Below the pieces are notes generated by a model. The model had not been told where the DNA came from. It worked only from the letters and a program-made list of their open reading frames with translations, and did no database searches. A DNA stretch of 64,000 nucleotides from Magallana gigas (taxonomy: Eukaryota). A program made the translations under genes and the position numbers. The DNA is taken from contig NC_088855.1 of the NCBI RefSeq assembly GCF_963853765.1, positions 40,300,001-40,364,000 of the forward strand, given 5' to 3'. Below, one piece after another: positions 37,801 through 49,908 of the stretch. Position 1 is the stretch's first letter, and each line of letters starts with the position of its first letter.

Positions 37801-40800
37801 CTAAACCATAAAAGGAAGACAATCAAATTCTAGAAACTTAAATTAAGCACTCATTCCATTGAGACATATATTTGTGACAACTGTGCAACTCTGTGTGAAA
37901 ATTTCTCACAAACTTCTCAGAATTTTCTTGCACAAGAATTAAAGTTGCCTTACAGTGTTCTAGTATCCTCTTAATATACAAATACCAATTTTACAGATTC
38001 AGCATGTTAAATATCATATGCAGTCTGTATATAACCAGGTTACGGTAAACATATCTCACACCTGGTTGAGCATGATGAAGATTTGTCCAGTGGCTCCAAC
38101 ACAATCAATGAATTCAGCAACCAGCCAAGCAGTCAATAGAACTCCATCACAGCTTGTTACCCTGCATTATAAATACAGTCCCTTTGGGTCTGCTTAACAT
38201 TTCAATAGGTTGTCATCTGGAGGATTTTTTTTTTTACTTGGCTCTGTTTTATATTTTTATATACTACTACCAAAGGATGATTCAGGTTACAATTTATCCC
38301 AATTAATGCCATAGTGATAGTTCAGAACTCCTCGATCAATCCCCATTGTGTTGTTCAGGGCTCAAACAGGGTTTTATATATTCTTTTTAACAAATTGTTG
38401 CCTTGAGAGAATTGTAGGGCATACAGTGTACCAAAATACATGTATTATTATCAGTGGTGACTAGCAGAAGTCTAGTTGCTATATATGGCAAAGTCATTCT
38501 CCACAATTGATTCTAAGAGCATAGCTTGCATGCAGGTTAATGTTTTAGAGACTTAATTGCTTTATTTGCATTTGTTGGTTAGTGGAATTGATCAAATTGG
38601 TATGAATAGTAATTGTCTCCATGGAATAGTCTTTCTATAGTTAGGGTTAACATCAGGATTTTATGGATTGTGCTTTTGCATATGAATCAATTGTTACATT
38701 AGAAAATGCAACCCATGAAATTATATTTACATATGATGTTTAGTACATGCCAGGTGAAAAATCAGTTAGGTTTAGAATGGTCACAAGTGCTTGACAACTG
38801 ATGTAGGAGTATAATCATGTATGCATGTCCACTCCTTATCAATTTAACCTGTCTGAATAAGGCCCCATCTGTCACAGCTGTTTTCAGTGAAAAAAAAATG
38901 TTTGTTGTTCTGACATACTGCATTGGAATACTTTAAAATTATTTAATCTTAAATCAGAAATTATAAGATGTACCAGCTGTAGAATGTTAGCAATTGGTAC
39001 TGGTGTCAATGAGATGCGCTTTGAAAGAACAAAATGGAAGTGAAAGGCAAATAAATAATTTGTAGTTTCTTTCTATATCTATCCACTGTCTTTGCGGCCC
39101 ACACCCTTTCAATTTTAAATAGAGCTATAGAAGCCCAATCTGAACTGTCCATACTGTAATTTTCATTCTTTACTTTAATAGGAACGCATACAGAGTCAGA
39201 AGAAGATCACCTTCTTTATCAAAATCCACGCACCATGGGATGTGCTATGCTTCTATGCTGAAGACCTATGCTTCAGGGCTCCACTTCAGGTAGGGACCAG
39301 TTCATTCTGAAGGGCTTTATTGAAGCTTTTCCTATATATTGGAGGAGGTGTCATTTATCTAAGTATCAAAAGCCAAAAAGGAGAATGATCCTCTATGGCA
39401 TAAAATATTAATTGTACACAAATCTGATATACATCATTGTGACATCAATTGAACAATGTAACAATATACTGAATATAGTTATTTTAATTTTAGCATATAA
39501 AAGACAAAGTTATCTGTTTGTGTATCAATTTATTTCTAGAAAATACATGATGGGAAGTGTTTTATATGCATTTTTGATGACATGAACATTAAAGAAACTT
39601 ACTGAGTCAGTGAACATATTTAAAAACAGAGATAAAGGGCTTGGTGTGTGTATGTGAGGATCAAAAATAAATAACACAGCCAAAGACTAAAACAGATCGG
39701 TACTGTTCAATGCTCATCATTTATTCATGTTAGAAAATTAAAGATGGAGTTATAGGGTAGCTATTTTAAGAAGAAAACTAAAGATGACGTTAGGATAGCT
39801 TAGAAGAAGAATTAACGGTATTTTGTACTTCACTCAAATAAGCAAGTCAATGGTGTAATTAAATCAATTCAATTTCCAGCTATAATTAGGGAATCTTCTT
39901 TGACACAGTTAGATTACTCAATTTGCACACTTGGTGTTTATGTTATAGCACTTTTATTATGAGAGAAATGCATTATCACTTCTATTAATGTACGTAATCT
40001 GTTTCAATACATGTACATGTATTAGTTTGTTACAAATAAAGTTATTCACATGAAGCATGAATTTCAAATTATTTTTTTTTCTTTTCTTTGGTATTATTAA
40101 TTTTTTTCTAGGAAATCACACACAGTAAGGTTGGTTTATTTTTTGTTTTATGTTTGCCTGATGCAATTTTTCCCCATCTGTGAATCAGTAAAATATATTT
40201 TCTAATGCATGTCTCAATTTTCAGAAAAAGCGAATAGTTACGCATACATGTATTATGAAATTGTGTCTATTTGTAATGTCTTGCCATGGAGAGGTTGCTA
40301 AATCTGTACATGTCAACTACACAGGGGCAATATATGCTAATGTCTGTAAGAGTAATTATCAGTAATACTATGTATGTGTACCAACTAATCTTTAGACTGG
40401 GGCATTATTTCAAAGCATTCCATATTGAATGACAGATTTTGATGAATGTGATTGGACTGTTTACCCTCTAATTATAATAAATTGAAAAATGTCCATAATT
40501 TTCTTTAAGATAGATCAAATTTAAAGTCTTTTTTTTTGTTCAGTTTTGTACCCTAATACATTAAGTATTCATAGGTGAAAAAAATAATTGGATAACTCTG
40601 TAAAGAATGTTCTTAGTCTGGTGATAATAATTACTAGTAGTTACCTGAAGGAGGGATATTGTTAACACTGACTATGATCCATTTATATTCCATATTGACT
40701 CATAAAGTGGTCCTGACGAACCAGAACTAGGCAATATTAATTGAATTATTTCAAAAAAATCAAATAACTTTGCTACAGTATTAGGGATTTTTGTGTCTTT

Positions 40801-43800
40801 ATTGCTTAGGAAGCTAAATTGTATGTGGATCAAAGAAAGCATTGACAATTAAGTACATTGTAAGCTACGTAAAGAGGAATAATATCAGTCTAGATTTATC
40901 AAGAAAGGGAAATATTTTGGGATTACTAAATATCATTTCAGTATAGAAATACACCTATCTATAGATGCATTAAGCAGTTAGGTTTCTATTTTATAAAGTA
41001 ATAACTTTAAATCCAAAGTGCATCTTATATATAAAAGTTTTAGTGTACATGTATTAAATTTGTATGATGTGTTATTGATAAGCTCACCTGAGCCAAAGGT
41101 TCTAATCAAAATTCGTCCATTGTCTGTCACACGTGTCGGTGACGCTGTTGTTGCTGTCATAAACTTTTCACATTTTTATCTTCTCCAAAACCACTGGCCA
41201 ATTTCATCCAAACTTGGCACAAAGAATAATGGGATGAAGGGGATACAAGTTTGTTTAAGTGAAGGGTCATGTCTCTTTTTATAGGGTATAGTTGGTATTT
41301 CTTTTAAATCGTCCTCCAAAAAATCTTTTGTGCAGAAAAGCCAAAACTTGTGTTGAAGCATCCTCAGGTAGATTCAAATTTGTGAACATTATGATCTACT
41401 GAGGTAGGGATGGGGGCTACAATGGGTGATGATGGAATTTTTACTTTAGAATGAAAGAAGAAAAACTTCTAGAAATCTTATTCTAAAAAATTGAAGCATC
41501 AAAAGGAGATCAATGCTTATAAACTAAAGAATATGTGGAGAAAAAATTTAAGAATTTTTATAAAAAAAAGATGTACTCTACTAAGTTGGCTAGGTATTTT
41601 GTATTTGATACTCCAAAGACTATCGAAAGATTTTCTTTTCAGTTATGACTACTGTTGCTCAGGTGAGCGATATAGCCCACGGACCTCTTCCCATGTTTTG
41701 CATATAAAATAAGCTTTTTTATGTTGCTGCAAAATTGCGGTTTGATTTTACATTTATCTTGAGTAGAGCAATATTTCCATAACATGCTTAAACTTTCCTT
41801 ATATGGTAGAAATAAGGTTGGGTGCATGAAATTGTAATAGTTGGGTTTATTTTTTTTCAAGGGAAAGTCCTTTGATTGTGCATTGCAAGGAGGGAGGATT
41901 AATTTGTCTATCCGGGTGTGAAAAAAATTGTTTGCTCAGAAAAAAGAATTTGAGGAAATTGCTCAGCTATTTACTGTTACTATTATAATTAACTTAAAAA
42001 AATAATTCTAATTCCAAAAATAATTTCACAAAAAATTTCATGATAATGTCTATTGGATGCTATCATGCTAGTTAGAATTCAAATTCTCAATATCACCAGA
42101 AAGGAGGAATACATCAATTTATCTACAGTGACAATCTGGTTATACTGTTTCTCAAATTATCAGAAGAAATGATGGCATTGCATGCTAAGAGCTGCCCATA
42201 TTCTGTGGATGGAAGGACAATAAAACAGGCTTTCTGCCATTTATTTTACCTCTGCGCAGTAATTATACACTGTTGTCTTGATGCCTTGACTTCTGTGATA
42301 TGATCGTTACTTGTTGCTGAATGTAACAACAGAGATTTCCCGTGGAATCTGTTATATTGAAGACTAGGGTTACACTTCAAACTCTGTGAGGGCTAGGGAC
42401 TTAATCAGGTTGTAATTCTAGAAAATCTCATAATTCTCTTAGATTTGTTCTGTCAAATATCCTTATAACATTGAAATCGCAATATGACATTTATGAGGAT
42501 CAAATGGAAAGGAAACGGACTGAATGTTAGGATATATATTCCACAAGAAAAAACATTTGTATAACATTATTGCATCTGCACGAATGCATGTTACAGCTAG
42601 TACATGTGCATAAGTGCATGAGGACTATAGTGGAAACAAAACAAAACAATTGATTTTTCAAACATTATACTCTCAGTACATGCTCATTTTAATGTTTTTA
42701 TTTTGCAATCCTGTGGTATATCAAATCAGGGTCTTTTATATTTGTTTTTCATTTGTATTTTTAATATGTACATGTATATAATTATGTATTTGTTTAGGCA
42801 CATCCAAATCCAGCAGACAACTGGTCAGAAAATGTGCTCAAATTCCTCCACATCCCTAACTTGATGTCTGATGATGTCCCCCGACAGCCAATGGACTTCT
42901 ATACCTGCCAGTTCAAAACCTCCAAACTAGAAAGGTTAATCATAAGTGCATTCATTACAAGCAGTTTCAAAGGAATCAGTCAACTTAAAAATGTCAGAGC
43001 TAGCATACTTTTTTTTGTAATTATACTGACAACTTCTAGAATTTCTAGACTGTGTTATATTGGTACACTGCCTTCCACTTAATTGTTCCATAGATTCTGG
43101 TGTAATTCTGGTATATAACTCCCTTGTGGGAGCGTTTTTTTTTTTACAGTGTCTTATCGATCAATAAGTGATAGCATGAATTGATCTTATTAAAGATCTT
43201 ATTGAAGATCTTATTTCAACAAAAGCTGTAAATTAAAAAATTACTGTATATCGAGTTGCAATGATCTATTAATATTTTTGCCTTTTTTTGCAATCTTTTT
43301 CAATGTGCAAAAATACAATATGCAGAAGTCGTATCTGGTATTGTTTGCTATTAGAAACTTTTAAAACAACACAAATATGAAAAAGTAGCACATTTTCATC
43401 ATTTATGCAAATTTTGTGACACACAAAAATTTAAAAAGAAAAAAATATGAAGGTACTATAATTTAAATACATGTACATAGCCTAACATAGCAGTCCAAAA
43501 AGGTTTTGTTCTTCAAATCTCTGTAGGTTTTTGGGAAGTGATAATAAGGACACGTACTTTACCAACACCCAGAGACATCGAGTTGTGTGGGAAATCTTAT
43601 CCACCACGGGTTATGGCAAAAAGAAGAGAGCAGAAATAGGAATAGAAAGGCTCTTGGAGGAGGATGTATTCAAAGCAGCATTTCCACTTCATGATGTAAG
43701 TTATTTTATCCCTATTACTTTAACTTAAACCAGGGATTTTTCTCTCTCTCTCCAAATTATCAAAACTGATTCATATGATTATTAGGTCTCTACTCTGCTG

Positions 43801-46800
43801 GTGCCATCATTGTATCCCTCTATCCTTCTATCCATCCTTCTGTTCACTATATATCATTTATGACAGAAGCATATTTTTTCTTCCCGGGGCCCAATCTGGC
43901 CCAATAATTCATCTAGAAAGAGCCTTTGGGTAAAGGATGTGCATATACATATAAGAAACAAGTTCTAGGTCCGATATGTTCAAAGTCAGTGGAGATCTTC
44001 TTGACTGTCAAGTCCTGCATTTTTTTTTCCATTTGAATTCTGATGTAGGGTCAATATGAGAAGCCAGTTCATGGCATTAGTCCTGAAGACATGAACCTCC
44101 GTCAGATTTTGTATGAGTACTGGGCTAGATGGGGGAAGTGGTACAAGTATCAGCCTCTGGATCATATACGAGAATACTTCGGAGAGAAAATTGGCATCTA
44201 TTTTGCCTGGCTGGGTAAGTGAAGTTATTTGAAAGATATCTAAAATGGATAAAAGCAACAGCAATTGTTAAATTTAGTTTATACAGTGATTTTAGATAGT
44301 TATTCATTGTAATAATTTGATAATTATTTATATATAAAGTAAATAAACTGAACCAGTTAAAATCACTAAGACTTCCAGCACAGAATTAAATGTTAGAATG
44401 GTGTAATGTGGTCCTGAAGTAAGAGTACATGTGTGGTTGTGTTGTTTAACAGGGTTCTACACAGCCTGGCTGTTACCGGCGGCAGTTGTTGGGATCATTG
44501 TGTTTGTGTATGGAATTGTCTCTATGGTTAACAATGTAGCAGTGTAAGTAAACCATATTCAAATACAAATTAGAACTCTTTCTGTTCAAAACCGATTGAT
44601 TTAGAAAAATTGTTTTTAAATTGAATTAAGTCTGTCGTATCTGTTAAAAATATAATGAGTACAGCCAAACTTCGTTATCTCGAACTATAGATGGGACTGT
44701 TTAAAAACTTTAAGATATCAGAGTATTCGAGATATCGAGGGGTTGGGACTCACAGATCACTTCAACATATTCAAGTGTTCAAGATATCAAAGTTCAACTG
44801 TTTTCCATTAATACATTTAATGGCATATATGAATAGTAGATTTCTGTAATCCCCAGTTTGCACTGATTTTAAATGAGCATCCTTCATCTTTTATTGGTTT
44901 TAATTAATACCTTATTGCAGTAATGATGTATGCTCAAGTGATAAGGACTACAAGATGTGCCCGCTGTGTGATGAGAAGATTGGTTGTGCCTACTGGTACC
45001 TGTCTGATGTCTGTACCTACGTCAAAATCGCCTATCTGTTCGATCACCCAGCCACAGTCGCCTATGCCGTATTTGTCTCTTTTTGGGGTATTGTAAAATT
45101 TATGACAGCAAAGTTCAATTTGCATTTTATTTTGATACATGGACATTAAAAAATCATAATTATTGATTTTAAAATCAATAAAGTTTGATTTATTGTCATT
45201 CTCATTATTGTTACATAAAAGCTGTGACGTTTTTGGAGTATTGGAAAAGAAAGAATGCCAGTCTCGCTCATCACTGGGATGTCTTGGACTTTGAAGATGA
45301 AGAGGTCTCTTGTTTTTTATGCCCTTATTTCCTACTTGCAGAGATAACCATCTAAAAAAGTTATTCAACGACTTCATCTTGCATATTGAACAAAGTTATA
45401 TAAGAGTGTGCACATGAAAAGAATTTCTGTGTAATTTTTTTATTATTCATTTATTTTGCAATTGTTAATTGATAAAGATAATGTGATTGCTATATAAAAT
45501 GTGTATGCTTTATTTGGTGAGAGTTTAATAGGAATAATTATTACAAAGGTTTTTAGTAGTGAAAGTGAAATTTTAATGACTCTTATGTCCTATGCTTATC
45601 TCGATATCCATATTAGGAGAGACCTAGGCCTGAGTATGCCGCCAAGGCTCCAACCTATGAGAAGAATCCCATCACAGGAGTCAAAGAGCCACACTTTCCT
45701 CCCAGAGATAGGATACCCAGGATTTTGTCTGGATTTGCAGTCATCATTATTATGGTAACATGTGCGAGAGTTAACAAAAGTAGATGCTCTGTGCATCCCG
45801 TGTACGACATGATTCTAATGAAATATAAATCAAACAAGTATGCTGGATTAGATATCTTGATTTTAAAACCATATTCATATACATGTAACAATTTTTTGAT
45901 TATAGGTGTGCCTATGAACAATTGTTCATGAAATATTTTATATAAAAACCTGTCATTTCTGCACACTGCTCAATTGTGTACAAGAACAAGACAATTTCAG
46001 AACAGCTAACTGATATGTAACTCAAACAAAAGATACAGAATTTTAATTTACTCCTCTAACTGGCCTACCAGAAAAACATTTATCTGAATTCAAGATGTAC
46101 TTTCTTTCACAGGAAACCAATATCTTCCGAGGAAAAATAATATTCTCACAGTTGATTTAAGCAAATTATCTGTTGTCCTAAAATACCAGAAAAAAGCTGA
46201 TGTTTTCAAGAAGCTTATTGATTGAAAGCCCAGTAATCTTTGGATATGAAGCAAGTCAATCTCCACAATAATTTGTGGGTGACGGGCTTATAATTGAAGG
46301 CAGCAAAAGCTCCTACAAAGTTGATAGAAAGGAGAGAGAAAATTATGGCCAAGTCTTGTCATTAACTGGGTGTTTTACAATATACACTGTGTTTTATTTG
46401 GGGATAAAGGATGTGATAGTGCACAATTAAAGACAGTTCATTGTTCTGTTGTTGTTAATATAAATGTGTTAGGTTGTGATTAGTTGTAAGCATTGCAAAA
46501 TCCATGCAAAGGAAAATATTGAAATTAAGTTTATTATATGCACAGTTTTAATTTTCACTTGATCTATACATGATACACGATTTTTTTTTTTATTAGTGTT
46601 AATGCAGTTGACAAAGTTAATTTGCATCTTTTTTTGTGAAGCGGCACACAGTGTTGAAATCTTGAATCATTAAATAATGATTTGAACAAAAAATTTGTGC
46701 TACAAGTGTTGATTTCACTGTTTAACACTTAATAGACACATGATTACAAACATGTAATTGTTTTTGATTGAATGTTTCACATTTTCAGATGTCACTGGTC

Positions 46801-49800
46801 CTCATTTTCATCGTTGCTGTGATCATGTACAGAATTTTAGTTAGTATTCCTTTGTTTCAAAACAAAACGTTACGAGGCCAGGCCAACCTTATTGCCAGCA
46901 CCAGCTCAGCCGTAGTCAACTTAATACTGATTATGGCACTTGGAAAAGTTTATGAAAAGCTAGCACTAAAACTCACACAGTGGGGTATGTTCCATCAAAC
47001 CATTATGATACTGTAGATTCCTAATTTAATTCGAGGAATCAGTATCTGTGTAAAATCGCAAGAAGCACATCTTGTGGATTTTAAAATCTCGCTTTTATTT
47101 TTCGAAGAGATGTAACCTAAATGTAACTACCATATGATGAAAATATTGCATTCGCGATTTTATATTCTTGCGATTTGATGCAAAATGGTTCAATCGCAGA
47201 ATTGAATGCTCGCTGAAATAAGGAATCTACAGTATACCGAATTAACATTGACAAAATTTGGAAAACTATATTGATCATCATTTAAAGCAGCAATATTAGA
47301 AATGGTTTTTAGATAAATTGAAAACTTTTCTTTGAGAAATCAATTTATTAAGTGACAACTATTCTGCTTCTCAGAAGATTTGAAAAAAAATGTATAAATA
47401 TGAACTAATGAAAAGTATAGAAACCAATAATTGATTTTTTATTTTCAGAGATGCATCGAACCCAAACAGAATTTGAAGATCAGTTGACTTTTAAAGTGTT
47501 CATTTTCCAGTTTGTCAACTTCTACTCTTCAATTATATATGTTGCATTTTTCAAGGGAAAGTAAGTCTTTTGAGAACCAAGATTTTTTAAATGCATTTTT
47601 AAACAAGTCATATTATCACACTGCTGATTCAGTACACATTGCTATTGATTTTTCACATGAATTGCTGTTAATTTTTCAGGTTCAATGGATACCCTGGTCA
47701 TTACACAAAATTATTTGGATTGAGAAATGAAGAGGTAAAATTTTTTGCTACTAGTATATGCATCTACATAATGTAATTTATCATTATGAAACTTGATTGT
47801 TAATAAAAAAAGTATAAAGCATTAAGATGGTTATATTCAGTAGCATGAGTAATGTAGAAATTAAGCAAAAAAGATAATATGAAATGTTTAACAGTTATGA
47901 AAATGACCATAGGATATTTAAAAGAAATGTACGCATATGTAGATACAATATTTCAGTGTAATAATGGAGGCTGCCTCATTGAGTTGACACAGCAGCTAGC
48001 TGTCATCATGATAGGGAAACAGATGATAAACAACGCGCAAGAGATCCTGATCCCGTAAGTTTAGATAATGAACTCTGGCACAGTCATGAGTGAAGAAACC
48101 ATCATAAAATTACAGTTTCAATGTGTATTCTGATTGCATGTTAAATTATGACTGTTGTAATTGTATTAAAGGGTTGATTTATTTTTACTTGCCAAAATTT
48201 AGCTAACAGATACTCATACTAGCTAAAATTAAGGCCATTTCTGAATATTGAGTATAAATAAACTGTTCTTTTTCTAACAGAAAGGTGAAAGCCTTCATGC
48301 ATAGGTGTAAGGTGAGCCTAGATAAGAATGCAGTGAGAAGTAGGTGGGAGGAGGACTACCAGCTGATAGAGAACGAGGGTCTATTCGAGGAGTATTTAGA
48401 GATGGGTAAGTAATTAATTGGAGCAACTAAAGATATTTGGGTAAGTTTAGTAAGTGAAAAGAAGAATACAGCTGATAGAGATATAGATAGGCAAGTGGGA
48501 GGGGGGGGGGGGTTCCAGCTGATAGAGATGAGAGCCTCTTTTAGTAGTATTTCAAGATGGGTTAGTTAAATGGGGACTAAAGTGGAAAGAGGACTACTGG
48601 CTGGTAGCAAATGGGGGCCTGTTAGAGGAATATTAAGTAATTGGTAAATGGGAGGAAGTCTACCATCTGCTAGAAAATGATCTTTTTATTGAGTGTAAGC
48701 CTGGGGACAGGGGAGACAACCAATGCTTTTAAAAAAGTAAATGTCTTCCTGTTGCATCATTTTTTGTTATACTTTGGTTTGATGGTATATTTCAATGAAA
48801 AATGCTTTTTAATCTATATTGATGAAGTGAAACAATATCATATAAATCAGCATATAATATAAATGTTATTGATACTTACACTATGAACATAGGCATCTTG
48901 GCCACAAATGCTGCTCATATGAAGCGCTTTTCTTATCAGAATGATATTGAAATCGCATGTACTGTAGATTCCTTATTTTATGTGAGTACTTAATTCCACG
49001 ATTCAACCGTTTTCCATCAAATCGCGAAAACATGAAATTGCAAATGCCGAATTTTTAATCATACTTGCATGTTCTTTACATATGTCTGAAAAATAAAGGC
49101 GAGATTTCAAAATTCATGAGATGTTCATCTCGCAATTTATGCGGATATTAATTCCTCACTTTTAATGAGGAATTTACAGTCATAAATTAAGATTATTTTG
49201 ATATGCAATTTATAGCTACATGTATAAAGATAAAATTACGGTAGTTTTTTGTTCCTTCATTTAAAGTTACTGAATTTGCTTGCAGTGCTACAGTTTGGTT
49301 TTATCACAATATTTGTGGCCGCCTTTCCACTAGCCCCTCTGTTTGCTCTGCTGAACAACTGGGTTGAAATTCGACTGGATGCCCACAAGTTTGTGTGTGA
49401 GACTCGGCGCCCTGTGGCAGAGAGGGCCCAGGATATAGGAGTCTGGTTCAAAATCCTAGATGCACTTGCACAACTGGCTGTCATAAGCAATGTAATGTTT
49501 TCCATCTTAGTGTAAACAAAGTTTTCGAATTTTAACAGGAATGCTTTGTATTTATTTTCTGAATAAAGTGTCTTTCATTGTACATGTATTGACATGTTAA
49601 ACAAGAAATTTGTCAATGATGCAGGTCACAATACTTTGATGTGGTTTAACAATCTATGAATTTTTTATCATTAATATAATAATTTGATGTCAACATTATA
49701 TATTTTCAGGCTTTCCTGATAGCATTCACATCAGAGTTTTTGCCCCGATTACTTTATCAATACCAGTATGACTGGGACCTTCAAGGATACATCAATTTTA

Positions 49801-49846
49801 CTTTAGCTGTATCTCCATCAGGCACATTAAACCAAACCTGCAGGTT

Positions 49847-49908
<62 letters not shown>

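Noticed and set aside
38060-38200. GC-richer intronic patch as a hidden anoctamin exon
   Set aside because: No acceptor/donor pair giving an open phase-0 exon; stops in the plausible frames.
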